Of a stretch of 64,000 bases of DNA, positions 27,994 to 37,911 are shown one piece after another. The stretch covers positions 4,277-68,276 of IMG/VR virus record IMGVR_UViG_2846458514_000001; one strand, given 5' to 3'. The notes under the pieces are model-generated. The model had not been told where the DNA came from and made no database searches. It was given only the letters and a program-made list of their open reading frames with translations. This stretch comes from a virus. Taxonomy: Duplodnaviria > Caudoviricetes. Position numbers and translations under genes: made by a program. The stretch's first letter is position 1. Every line of letters begins with the position of its first letter.

Positions 27994-30927
27994 GTGAGCG
28001 TCAAGATCCCCATTGAGGCGGACGTCCAGAAGTCCGTCCGTGAAATCGACCAGATCGCGGCTGCCCTGGGCCGGGCCGGGCAGCAGGCCCAGAAACTGTC
28101 GGACATCGATTTCAGCCATCCGGAACTGAAGGAGCTGCAGGCGGACCTCACCCGGATCCAGAAGCAGTGGGAAGACATCCTGCGCCTGAAGCAGGGGAAG
28201 ACCAGTCAACGGGTCCAGCAGGGCGTTGCGGAGGGCGCGTTCACGGGGCCGCTCGACTTTCCTGCCGGTGCGGCCCGGCAGGTGCCCGATCCCGCGCAGC
28301 AGCGGGCCTATATCGACAATGTGCTCGGGCGTGTTCTGGAGGGAACGCGCTTTGACCCTGATCTGACCCCCGTTCCCCGTCGCACGTCCTCCGGCGGAAG
28401 TGGTCCTGCCGAGACGTCCGAGGAAAAGGAAAACGACCGGGAGGAGGGCGAGGCCGAAAACCGTGTCCGGTCTGAATCCGGGCCAGCGCCAGAACCGACC
28501 GTCGTCAATGCCAGCGGCGCTGGCGGGGCGGGCGGCGCAGCAGGGGGAGCATCAAGAGGCGCGGGAGGGGCCGGAGGCGGGGTCGATCCGAAACTCGCTG
28601 CCCTGTCCCGTTTCCGGGGCGGCCCCGTTGTCGGTGCGATGCTGGGGGCGGCGGGCATTGGCGGCGGCCTGCGGTCCATCACGTCGCATGTCCAGCAGGC
28701 CGAGCGCGAACAGGTCATGAACGACAGCCTGATGCGGCGTATGGGAGACACCAGCACCGGGTTCGCGGAACTGCTGCATAATGTGCGTAACGTGTCGTCA
28801 TCGTTGCATGTGCTGCAGACGGAGGGGCAGTCACTGACCGAGGAGTGGGTCAGGATTGCGAACGAAAGCCGGTCCGGTGCGGCGCTGGCCAACGTCGAGA
28901 TGGCGGGGAATGTCGCCCGCGGGTATGGTGTTGCCCCCTCCACCATGGTGCAGGGTTTCGCCCGGGCAAGCTTCGCGGGGGAGGACCCGCGCAGGTTCGC
29001 GCTGATGCTGGCGGACGCGGTCCAGGACGGCCACATGAATGCGCAGGCGGACAAAGTTCAGGACTCTTTGTTGACGTGGCTTGAGAATGCCAACCGACAG
29101 GGGCAGGATCGCGGGGCCGAAGATTTCTCACGTCTGATGACCTCCATGAACGCCAGTGGCGATCCGATGGTGCGCGGTGAGAACGGGGTGAACCTGATCA
29201 ACACTGCTAACGCATCGATCTCCCACGGGGGCGGTGCGGGGATGGCGGGGCAGGTGATGTCGCTGATGACGATGATCCGGCATGGCTCCCCCAGTGTTTA
29301 TGATGCCCAATACCGACTTTCGAAAGGAATGTTCTCCCGCGCTCCTGACGGGACCATGATCCTTAATGATGTCATGGAGGAGATTCAAAAGACCTACAGG
29401 GGCCGTCCTGATGTCGATCGGTTTGTCGGCGGCGGGAATTACATGGGCATGAGCCCGGCACATTACGAGCAATTCGAACGGTACTGGAGGAGTGCCCAGA
29501 CATCTCAGGCTGCGAACGGGGGCGTGGACGGATATCTTCGTAAAATCGGCGTTGACACCAATAAGCTCAATATGAGCGGCCTGAACGATATCATGCAGAC
29601 CATGGACAGCCACGCGGACCTCGGGGCGATCCGTCAGCGACTGATGGCCCGTACAGACCTGAGCACGGCGGATCGCACCGCCCTCAGGGATACCGGGACG
29701 AGTGACCCGGAAGCCTTGCGTGCGGCGGAGGTGCGTGCGTTTGCCAACTCCGGTCTGGAAAATACCATGGGGCGTCGTGTCGCGGATTCCGGAGCCGACG
29801 CCTCCAACGTCCTGACCAATGCGGCGAGCACACTGGTGGGGCCGATCACCCAGTTGCGCGAGGAAATCGCGAAACTGCAAGGCCCGGTCGAGACGATCGC
29901 AGAGCAGTTGGGAGACGGAACGACAGGCGAGAGTCTGACATCAATGGCAGGATGGCTGACGGCAGGTGCCGCCGGGATCCTTGGGCCTGGGATTGCAAAA
30001 AAAGTCCTGACGTCTGGTTTCCGTGGTGTGGCTGGAGCGGGCGGAGCCGCCGCAGGTGCTGCTGCCACGGGTGCGGCCGAAGGGGGGGCAGTCGCAGCAG
30101 GAGTCACTGTCGGAGGCGCACTTATTGCTGGAGGGGGGGCGCTAGGGATTGCAGCCCCGTCCCTTCACGGTGCGTATCAGAACTATCGCGACCAGCAAAA
30201 AATTGCAGCGTTCCGCAATAACCCCGAACTGATTGCCAAGGCCCGTCGCTACATGACGTATTTTGAGCAGCATGACCACCTGACGCATGCTGGTGCATCT
30301 GTGCTCGTCGGTGGATTGGAGCAGGAATCTGGTTTGGATGCGAACGCGGTGGAACATCACCGTGATGGGAGTGTGGGTCCTGGTTACGGTCTGGCACAAT
30401 GGACAGATCCGACGCGTGTGCGGGCGTTCAAGGAAGCAGAAGGCGTAGATCTGCGCCATTCTACCGAGGCGCAGCAACTTGATTTCATGAGCCGCGAACT
30501 CAATGGAGACTATCGCAAACAGCTGACCCTTTTGCAGAAACTGGGTCCATATGCAGATATAGGAGAGGCCTCCCGCACTTTTGGTTATGGATATGAGGGA
30601 TACGGCATTGAAGGCGCGCGCGGAGGGTACGCAGACGTCCTGAACAACCTGCCGCGGGATCTGCGTCCTGCGGATCCGGCGATGCCAAAGGCGATGCGCT
30701 CCTCAGGGCAGCCCGGGCAGGGGAGTGTTGGTGGTGGCAGATCGGGCGATACCACCCACCACGTCAGGGGATCTGTTACTCTGCTATATCCCAACGGGGC
30801 TACGCAGGATGTGCCGCTCAACATGTTCTCCCTCGCGAGCGGTCCTCCAGTCTCCCCTACGCCCGCAGGGATGCCGGCGCACGAGGCCAGTGCATACGGG
30901 CACGCCGGGCGGAAGGGGGTCTACTGA
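27994..30927 (+). CDS. Tape measure protein with C-terminal phage tail lysozyme domain
   Basis: Ala/Gly-rich helical 977 aa; QESGLD...GYGLAQW...QQLDF lysozyme motif. Confidence 0.85.
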   Translation: MSVKIPIEADVQKSVREIDQIAAALGRAGQQAQKLSDIDFSHPELKELQADLTRIQKQWEDILRLKQGKTSQRVQQGVAEGAFTGPLDFPAGAARQVPDPAQQRAYIDNVLGRVLEGTRFDPDLTPVPRRTSSGGSGPAETSEEKENDREEGEAENRVRSESGPAPEPTVVNASGAGGAGGAAGGASRGAGGAGGGVDPKLAALSRFRGGPVVGAMLGAAGIGGGLRSITSHVQQAEREQVMNDSLMRRMGDTSTGFAELLHNVRNVSSSLHVLQTEGQSLTEEWVRIANESRSGAALANVEMAGNVARGYGVAPSTMVQGFARASFAGEDPRRFALMLADAVQDGHMNAQADKVQDSLLTWLENANRQGQDRGAEDFSRLMTSMNASGDPMVRGENGVNLINTANASISHGGGAGMAGQVMSLMTMIRHGSPSVYDAQYRLSKGMFSRAPDGTMILNDVMEEIQKTYRGRPDVDRFVGGGNYMGMSPAHYEQFERYWRSAQTSQAANGGVDGYLRKIGVDTNKLNMSGLNDIMQTMDSHADLGAIRQRLMARTDLSTADRTALRDTGTSDPEALRAAEVRAFANSGLENTMGRRVADSGADASNVLTNAASTLVGPITQLREEIAKLQGPVETIAEQLGDGTTGESLTSMAGWLTAGAAGILGPGIAKKVLTSGFRGVAGAGGAAAGAAATGAAEGGAVAAGVTVGGALIAGGGALGIAAPSLHGAYQNYRDQQKIAAFRNNPELIAKARRYMTYFEQHDHLTHAGASVLVGGLEQESGLDANAVEHHRDGSVGPGYGLAQWTDPTRVRAFKEAEGVDLRHSTEAQQLDFMSRELNGDYRKQLTLLQKLGPYADIGEASRTFGYGYEGYGIEGARGGYADVLNNLPRDLRPADPAMPKAMRSSGQPGQGSVGGGRSGDTTHHVRGSVTLLYPNGATQDVPLNMFSLASGPPVSPTPAGMPAHEASAYGHAGRKGVY

Positions 30928-32384
30928 TGGTGGACCTGCATGCCTTCAGCGTTTCGGTCATGCTCTACAAGGTGACGGCAGGGGGAGCGCCGGGCCGTGT
31001 CATTCAGGCATACGACCTGACACCATATCTGGGGGACGGCGGGAGCGTGCGCATGGCGACCTCCGTGCGTAGCTTGGTAGGGAACGTGTTTTCCGTCTCG
31101 TTCTCTGATCGCATTCCGCCTGATCTGGCGGACTCCATCTATGCCTATGTGTCGCCCATGGACCTGATCGAAATCCGCGCCAGCAGGAAACCGTGGAAAT
31201 ACCAGGGCCAGAAGCTGCCGCTGCTGATGCGCGGGTTCGTGCGCCGCGTGCGCCGCCCGCGTGCCATGCAGGGGGAGGGGGCACCGATGCAGACGGTGGT
31301 GATCGAGGGGAAGGATTGCGGGCGGCTGCTGGAAACCAACCAGATCCTCTATCCGCTCCTCAATACCAAGGGGGAACTGTATCTGGATCAGTTCCCCCTG
31401 CAGGCCCAGTTTGGCATTTCCCCGGTGATCGAAGGGGTGGGGGATTTCGTGCGTGAGGTCGTGACGAAGATCATCAACCCCAAGATCAACCAGATGGCGG
31501 CGTTTTCAACCGGCGCGATCAAGCCGTTCCTGACCTCCGACATAACCGTTGCGGAGGGGACGTTCAGCCCATTCAACACTATGACATTCCAGGGGTCGGT
31601 TGCGGACCTGCTGGCCGCCGCGCGCGACGCGCCCTGGAACGAAATGTTCGTCCGCACGACGGAAGCGGGGCCGTCACTGGTGTTCAGGCCGGTACCATTC
31701 CGCGATCTGAACGGGAAATTGATCATGGACGGCGCGGCAGACCCGGGCCTGGTCGGCATTTCGGATCGCACGGTGAGCAGTTGCGAGGTAGGGCGCAGCG
31801 ACGACGGGGCGGCCAACTATTTCTGGGTTCCTCCGGGTGCGGCAGCCCTCGACAGTGAGTTTACGGCTGCCATCGCATATATCGACAGCCAGTCCGACGT
31901 GACCTACGCGAACAATCGTCCGGAAATTTTTGGTCTGCGTCTGATGAGCACCTCAAGCTATCTGCTGCCGACCGGGTTTGAATGTGCGCCATCGCGGATG
32001 GTTACCGACCTTAAACAGCAGGTTCAGCAACTTACCGGGGAGTGGATCACGAAACGGGCGACGGACCTGAAAATGCTCAACCGCGACAATGTGGTGTTTG
32101 AAAGCGGGGCACTGACATGCATGGGCCGTGAGGAACTGGCCTGCGGGCAGGAACTGGAGGTCGCATTCGGGGCGACCACCCTGCGCGGATATATGCCGGC
32201 GGTGGAGCACACGATCATGCCGACGGCGTCGTGGACATGCTCTGTCCAGCTTGAGCGCGGGACCAGCTATGTGGACCGGGCGAAAATGGCCGGTATTCGC
32301 CCCGGTTGGGCGGAGGGGCGCCCCGGCGTCTACGCCCCCCGCCGGGGCCGTATCAGTGTAAGTGAAACGGCAGGTTCGTCGTGA
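30927..32384 (+). CDS. Baseplate hub protein
   Basis: Position, size, PWNEMF and LVFRPVPF motifs. Confidence 0.65.
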   Translation: MVDLHAFSVSVMLYKVTAGGAPGRVIQAYDLTPYLGDGGSVRMATSVRSLVGNVFSVSFSDRIPPDLADSIYAYVSPMDLIEIRASRKPWKYQGQKLPLLMRGFVRRVRRPRAMQGEGAPMQTVVIEGKDCGRLLETNQILYPLLNTKGELYLDQFPLQAQFGISPVIEGVGDFVREVVTKIINPKINQMAAFSTGAIKPFLTSDITVAEGTFSPFNTMTFQGSVADLLAAARDAPWNEMFVRTTEAGPSLVFRPVPFRDLNGKLIMDGAADPGLVGISDRTVSSCEVGRSDDGAANYFWVPPGAAALDSEFTAAIAYIDSQSDVTYANNRPEIFGLRLMSTSSYLLPTGFECAPSRMVTDLKQQVQQLTGEWITKRATDLKMLNRDNVVFESGALTCMGREELACGQELEVAFGATTLRGYMPAVEHTIMPTASWTCSVQLERGTSYVDRAKMAGIRPGWAEGRPGVYAPRRGRISVSETAGSS

Positions 32385-33079
32385 TACGGTTCGGGCAGGT
32401 CGTGGCCGTCTACCCAGAAATCGGCCGGGTAGACCTGGTTGATCTGGATTCCGGGATACCGGTGGGCAATGCAATCGTGCTGTCGGCCGACGGGTCAACC
32501 GACGGGGGCACATGGTCGATCCCGGATGTCCCGCGGCCTCCGGCCGGCAGGGTCGGCGGTATCAACCCGGACGGACGCACCATGATCGCGGCGTACGAAT
32601 TGGGAGCAGGAGGACGCGGGGTTGTGCATGGTTTTGCACGATTTGACGGCAGCCAGATCGTTTTCAAACAGCAGAACCGGACCATCACACGCCATGCCGC
32701 CAGCGGGGCGTACACGACCATCGCACCCGACGGGTCGATTGAGGCATGGCATCCGTCGGGGACGTACTTCAGGATCGGGACGGGTGGCCATGAGGACCTG
32801 ACGGATCTATGCGCCGCGAACTGGGTCACGCCGCCAGAGGCACCTGAACCCACGGTCACGCTCGCAACGCCGAATTTCTCATTTGTCGTGGCGCCGGGCG
32901 GAAACGTCACCACCAAATTTGCCTCGTGGAAAATGAGCGGGCCGGTGGAGGTGGACGGGCCTCTGACGGTGAAAGACAGCATTACTGCCAGTGGCGATGT
33001 CACCGCGAATGGCATCAGTCTGGAAAGCCATACGCATACCGACAGCATGGGCGGGACCACTAGCAAGCCGCTAGGATAG
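32381..33079 (+). CDS. Baseplate spike (gpV-like)
   Basis: OB-fold start GQVVAV; C-terminal GISLESHTH iron-binding tip. Confidence 0.8.
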   Translation: MIRFGQVVAVYPEIGRVDLVDLDSGIPVGNAIVLSADGSTDGGTWSIPDVPRPPAGRVGGINPDGRTMIAAYELGAGGRGVVHGFARFDGSQIVFKQQNRTITRHAASGAYTTIAPDGSIEAWHPSGTYFRIGTGGHEDLTDLCAANWVTPPEAPEPTVTLATPNFSFVVAPGGNVTTKFASWKMSGPVEVDGPLTVKDSITASGDVTANGISLESHTHTDSMGGTTSKPLG

Positions 33080-33092
33080 CCACCGTGCCAAA

Positions 33093-33110
33093 TTGCATGC
33101 ATGCATGCAA
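33093..33110. repeat. TTGCATGCATGCATGCAA palindrome, copy 3
   Basis: Exact match. Confidence 0.9.
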
Positions 33111-33138
33111 ACTAGACGAGTGGACTGTATGGCGGCGT

Positions 33139-33154
33139 GTCGTGACGACAACAT
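33139..33154 (+). promoter_or_regulatory. Late-promoter motif GTCGTGACGA-CAACAT
   Basis: ATG 33161 lies 6 nt downstream. Confidence 0.65.
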
Positions 33155-33160
33155 GCGGGA

Positions 33161-34315
33161 ATGGCAGCACCTCCGTCACAGAAATACCGGCAGATTTCGT
33201 TCCTGCTGACAGGCGGATCGGGCGCGGACGTGCAATTCACGTTTGCCCTGCGACCGGAGGAACTGAGCGTTACCGACCCCACGCGTATGACGACCAACCA
33301 GACCCTCGGGGGGGCATGGGCCGATGTGTTCGGACGGGGCATCCGCACCATCACCCTGACAGGGAATAACGGCTGGCGGGGCGGCCTGCTGCAAAGTGGG
33401 GAGGACATGTTCCTGTCCCTACGGCAGGCCGTATACGACGGCTGGCACCAACGGCGTCGCCTGCTGCTGGCAGCAGGTCAGGATCCATCCGCAGTAGAAC
33501 TGATTTTTACGGACAATCTCGACGGTATCCACGACGTGGTGGTGCCGCGCACGTTCTCGCTGCACAGGAGCCGCTCGCGCCCCCTGCTGATGCAGTACAG
33601 CATCCAGTTGGACGTGCTGCGCGACGCGACCACCGCGCTGTCGCTGTCGGACGAGATCACGGATGCCCTGTCCAATCCCCTGCGCTGGCTGCTGGCTCAG
33701 ACAGGACTGGGCAACGTCGTGACGATGTTGGGGCAGTTCCAGGACTATCTGACGCAGGGCCTGAACATGCTGGGGGCAGCGCGCGGCGTGCTCGCGCAGT
33801 TGGTGGATACCGCCATCCAGTTGTTTCAGGGTGTGGCGGATATCGCGGGCGAGACGGAGGGCATTTTCACAGGGCAGAATTCCCTGTTGCTGGAATTCTC
33901 GACGCAATATGCGCTTGCAGCAACCAGCGGTCTTGAAGCGCTCGGTGCCGACAGCACGCTGCCGATGGATGACCGGATCGCGCTGATGCAGGCGGCGTCC
34001 ACGTTTGCGGACGGTGCATGCACGATGGCCAACGGGTTCAACGTCAATCAGACCATTCCGCTGATCACGCCCCTGTTCGGAGCATCGATGTGTTCCTCCA
34101 CCGGCGGAGGGGACGCTGCAAGCCAGTTCATGCTGAACAACACGTCGCCATTTGAATCGATGCTTGACCCGGGCACCTCCATCTTGACCGTCTCATCAGG
34201 GGCCCAGGCTGCTATCTCAGGGCTGCGCCTCGACCCGCTTCTCCTGATCGGCCATTCCGATGACGTGATCTCCAATTTTGATGCAATGGGCAACGGTGTG
34301 CAGGTGGCAGCATGA
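33161..34315 (+). CDS. Tail tube initiator/baseplate protein
   Basis: RPEEL...QTLGG...ITLTG..G...RSRSRPLL.QY. Confidence 0.6.
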   Translation: MAAPPSQKYRQISFLLTGGSGADVQFTFALRPEELSVTDPTRMTTNQTLGGAWADVFGRGIRTITLTGNNGWRGGLLQSGEDMFLSLRQAVYDGWHQRRRLLLAAGQDPSAVELIFTDNLDGIHDVVVPRTFSLHRSRSRPLLMQYSIQLDVLRDATTALSLSDEITDALSNPLRWLLAQTGLGNVVTMLGQFQDYLTQGLNMLGAARGVLAQLVDTAIQLFQGVADIAGETEGIFTGQNSLLLEFSTQYALAATSGLEALGADSTLPMDDRIALMQAASTFADGACTMANGFNVNQTIPLITPLFGASMCSSTGGGDAASQFMLNNTSPFESMLDPGTSILTVSSGAQAAISGLRLDPLLLIGHSDDVISNFDAMGNGVQVAA

Positions 34316-34965
34316 CGACAGGCACCTCTACGCCCCTGTGGACGGGTCCGCTCAGTGGCACACGCAAGGCCCGGACCCTGATTGGCGATACGCCCGAACG
34401 CATCGCCCTGCGTGAAACCGGGGATGCCGCAAACTGGTACACGCTGATCTGGCTCAATTGCCTCCGCGCGCCCTATATCACCGACAACCCGGCGCACAGG
34501 TCCGATACCGTCCTTCTGGCAGGGCAGGATGAGATCGTGGTTCCGGCCACGGGTACGACGCCAACCGGCGTGGCGGACAGCAGTGACCTGTTCGGAACCG
34601 ATATTGCCCTGACCGGTGGCGTCGTTACCACTGGGGAGAACGGAGATCTGGCGACCGTGTCAGGGGTCAGTAACCTGGTGCAGGCAGTTGACAACCGCAT
34701 GTCCAGCCAGCCGGGTGATCTCGTCTACGAGCCATCCTATGGGAACGGGGTCTACGCGCTGCTGGGACGGTCAACCGATCCCATCAATGCTGATCTTGCC
34801 GGCGTGTTCGTGGGTCGCTGCATCTCGGCGGATCCCCGCATTGATTCGATCACGTCGATCACGGTCGGAGTGAACGGAGGCAGTCTGGACGTGGATGGGC
34901 AATACATGACGATCGGAGGCAAGTCGGTTCCTGTTGGCGGCGTGCTGACCGGAGGGGGGAACTGA
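34312..34965 (+). CDS. Baseplate wedge protein (LysM-like + gp25-like)
   Basis: GDT..RIA...W..L...N; GDLATVSG..NL.QA...P.YG...DPRI. Confidence 0.75.
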   Translation: MTTGTSTPLWTGPLSGTRKARTLIGDTPERIALRETGDAANWYTLIWLNCLRAPYITDNPAHRSDTVLLAGQDEIVVPATGTTPTGVADSSDLFGTDIALTGGVVTTGENGDLATVSGVSNLVQAVDNRMSSQPGDLVYEPSYGNGVYALLGRSTDPINADLAGVFVGRCISADPRIDSITSITVGVNGGSLDVDGQYMTIGGKSVPVGGVLTGGGN

Positions 34966-36080
34966 TGGCATTTCAGATCAAATCAAGACTTTCGATCCTC
35001 GCCTCCATGATCAACCGCGCCCGCATGGTATGTTCGCTGACGGATTATAACGTCGGCGGCGTCATGCGGACGTTTCTGGATGCCGTCGCGCAGGAGATTG
35101 ATCGCCTCTATCAGGATCTGGTTCTGGCCCTGAAGGATGCCATTCAGACCTCGACCTATACGACCTTTGATTTTCCCGCCCTCGCGGCCGTGGCGGCGTC
35201 CGGGACATTGACCGTGACGATCAGCGTGCAGTCCAGCGATACGGTAATCCCGGCCGGGAGCGTCTTCACGCCGGCGGGGGGGACGCTAACCTATGCCAGC
35301 GTGGCGGCCGTGACGATCCCGGCCGCCCTGACCACGGGGATCGTCCAGGTCGCGTGCACCACGACGGGCACAGCCGGGAATGTAGCGGCCGGCACGACGT
35401 TTTCCATGGGTGCGCCCGTCACGGGGTTTGTGTCGGCAGTCAATGGCAACCTGTTCTCCAACGGCGCGCCGGCGGAGACGGCACAGGCGCGGCAGGCGCG
35501 CTTCGCGCGTTTCATCCTTGGACTGGCCCGCAGCACGACAGCGGGCGTGACGACGGGGCTGTCCATCGTTCAGTTGACGGATTCAAACGGAAACGTAACA
35601 GAAGCCGCCAAATTTCAGTACGTGTACGAGCCGTATCTGAGCGACCCAACGCAGCCGACCGCGAAAATCTACGGATATATCCACAACGGCGTCGGGAGCA
35701 CGTCAACGGCGCTGGTCGCGCAGGCTCAATCGATAATAGACGGATATTACGAAGCGGACGGCACGACCGTCCCGGGCTACGTTGCTGCTGGCGTTACGTT
35801 CATCGCGGAGGCCGCGCCGGAGCAGATCGTTGCCGTAGCCGGGAGCATTACGGCTGGGACCGGCTACACGGTCGCGGATCTGGACGCATTGGTTCAGGCG
35901 GCGCATCAGGCATACATCCTGGCGCTGCCGCTGGGCGCCACGGTTGAGGTCGCAAAACTCGATGCACTTGCCATGGGCGTGGACGGTGTCCTGAATTTCG
36001 TGCGCACTGCGCCGGCGGCGGATGTAGCGGCGGCCACGGCATGGACCAAGCCAATGCCGGGCGCCGGTACCTACACATGA
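34965..36080 (+). CDS. Baseplate J-like protein
   Basis: TDYNVGGV.RT, IPAG, GTAGNV, GAPAET..R..RF. Confidence 0.85.
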   Translation: MAFQIKSRLSILASMINRARMVCSLTDYNVGGVMRTFLDAVAQEIDRLYQDLVLALKDAIQTSTYTTFDFPALAAVAASGTLTVTISVQSSDTVIPAGSVFTPAGGTLTYASVAAVTIPAALTTGIVQVACTTTGTAGNVAAGTTFSMGAPVTGFVSAVNGNLFSNGAPAETAQARQARFARFILGLARSTTAGVTTGLSIVQLTDSNGNVTEAAKFQYVYEPYLSDPTQPTAKIYGYIHNGVGSTSTALVAQAQSIIDGYYEADGTTVPGYVAAGVTFIAEAAPEQIVAVAGSITAGTGYTVADLDALVQAAHQAYILALPLGATVEVAKLDALAMGVDGVLNFVRTAPAADVAAATAWTKPMPGAGTYT

Positions 36081-37162
36081 GCATCATGAAACGCCTGCTC
36101 GGGCGTCTGACGCGGGCCTATGATATTTCCCCGCGGGGGCGACAGGCGTTGTCTTTCGGGGCCACTCTGGATTTCGGCTGGGTGGTAGAGGATGACGCAC
36201 TGGTGCTGTCGCCCTCCGGCCGTGGCACCGTGACGATCGCATTGACCGATCTGACGGTAATGGGGCTTGCGCTGGCGATCGGCGAGGTGCCCGGTTTTTT
36301 TGTCCTGAACGATATCGGGGCGAGCGTTTCCGCCATGAGTTCGCTGCGTTGCATTGTCAGCTCCGGCAGCGTGGCCGGCAGCGCCGGTTATCGGTTTTCG
36401 GACACTGCATATCCTGGAGGGAACACCTGCCTCGGTGGGGCACTCTGGGTTGACGCCTCGTACCCTCTCCAGACACTGACAGTGTTCACCAGCGACAACT
36501 GGGGACTGCTGGATGGACCCAGGGCGGAACTGCGGGCTGCTTGCGATCTGATCAGGATTGCTCCGAACCAGATGGCCATTCCGTCAGCCGAGGACGAATG
36601 GCTGGATTATCTGGGCGCGATCTACGGAAATATTGCGCGCAACACTGATGAGCCGGACGTAACCTACGGCGCGCGCATCATTTCCACAATTCTGCGTCCG
36701 GCATGCAACAACAAGGCGCTTGAACTGGCGATCGAGGCTTACTCCGGGCAGTCGGCGCGTGTCACCAATTCTGCCCAGGCTCCGGCGACGTCCGTAGTTT
36801 ATGGTGGCGCTTTCCGTTTTGACGGCAGCGAGGCGTACGATAACCCGGCAACAACGCCGATTTACGGATTGTTCGATATTGCTGCCAATTACGATACGGC
36901 CGCATCAGGCGTGTCCCCTACTGATTTCCGGGCGGCCATTATCTGGATTGCGAACAGCCTGAGGGCAGCGGGGACGTACCTGCGGAACACGGTTATCGAC
37001 AATGCAGATCCGGCCCTGACCGATACCGACCCGGTCACGTCGGACAGTGCATTCGCACTGACAGAGGCATGGAACACTACCTATGACGGCGTGCGCCAAT
37101 ACGACGGTAGCGCGGCGTACCGGGGGGAAGCGGTCGTCAGCGATCTGGAGGATGAAAACTGA
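36077..37162 (+). CDS. Baseplate I-like protein
   Basis: WLDYLG.IYG..R..E.D..Y..RI and LRAAGT motifs. Confidence 0.7.
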   Translation: MSIMKRLLGRLTRAYDISPRGRQALSFGATLDFGWVVEDDALVLSPSGRGTVTIALTDLTVMGLALAIGEVPGFFVLNDIGASVSAMSSLRCIVSSGSVAGSAGYRFSDTAYPGGNTCLGGALWVDASYPLQTLTVFTSDNWGLLDGPRAELRAACDLIRIAPNQMAIPSAEDEWLDYLGAIYGNIARNTDEPDVTYGARIISTILRPACNNKALELAIEAYSGQSARVTNSAQAPATSVVYGGAFRFDGSEAYDNPATTPIYGLFDIAANYDTAASGVSPTDFRAAIIWIANSLRAAGTYLRNTVIDNADPALTDTDPVTSDSAFALTEAWNTTYDGVRQYDGSAAYRGEAVVSDLEDEN

Positions 37163-37616
37163 TATGGCGCACCTATTCGAGAAAATGCGCAGGGAACATG
37201 GGCGCGTAGATCTGAAAATCTGGCGCGCCGGTATGCTGATCGCGCATGAAACCGACAGCAACCTGATTGTCGAGGGTGCAGCCAATATGAAAGCGGCGCT
37301 GCTGTCGGGCGATACAACCGGGAAATACGCGATAGCCCAGATCGGGTTCGGGACCAATGACGTCGCAGCGCAGGAGACGGACAGTGCACTGACCGGCGCC
37401 TATCTCAAACCGGTGGACGGGATCACAGCCAATTCGGCTACGGGACAGCTCACCGTGGATTTTTCACTGGCTGCGACGGAGGCGAATGGGATCAACATTT
37501 CCGAATATGGCCTCCTGTCAGCAAATGGTTTGCTGTTCGCGCGACGGGTGCGGGATCTGCCGCTGCTGAAGGCATCTGACCTGTCATTCAGCGGGACATG
37601 GCAGATTACTTTTTGA
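37152..37616 (+). CDS. Tail fibre attachment/collar protein
   Basis: NLIV..., IGFGT, EANG.NISEYGL...LFAR. Confidence 0.7.
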   Translation: MKTDMAHLFEKMRREHGRVDLKIWRAGMLIAHETDSNLIVEGAANMKAALLSGDTTGKYAIAQIGFGTNDVAAQETDSALTGAYLKPVDGITANSATGQLTVDFSLAATEANGINISEYGLLSANGLLFARRVRDLPLLKASDLSFSGTWQITF

Positions 37617-37646
37617 ATTTTACGCAGAGTAGAGGGAGAGAACTGC

Positions 37647-37862
37647 ATGGCCAATCGTAAAAAGAAGGGAAAGTTTATGGTGTCGAGTGGTGACGGCGGT
37701 CTAGGTCACATGAAAGACCATTCCGGCGACGCCACCGTCATGGTGGGAAATGGTCGCGGAGGTCCGGGCTTCCTGGGCACGGAGAGAGGGGAAAGTCACG
37801 TTTATGAGGTTCGGCCAGGCGATACCCTGACATTCGTAATCGGCTCTCGGGACCATTGCTGA
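37647..37862 (+). CDS. Small ORF similar to part of the tail fibre
   Basis: YEVRPGDTLTFVIGS versus fibre YAVTPGDVLTFTIGS. Confidence 0.45.
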   Translation: MANRKKKGKFMVSSGDGGLGHMKDHSGDATVMVGNGRGGPGFLGTERGESHVYEVRPGDTLTFVIGSRDHC

Positions 37863-37911
37863 TCTTATATCGTGACTGAATAGAGAGGAGGGATAGATCG
37901 GGAGCGAATAC

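Noticed and set aside
37869-37884. Late-promoter variant before the tail fibre
   Set aside because: ATCGTGACTG is present but the following hexamer lacks the conserved final T.
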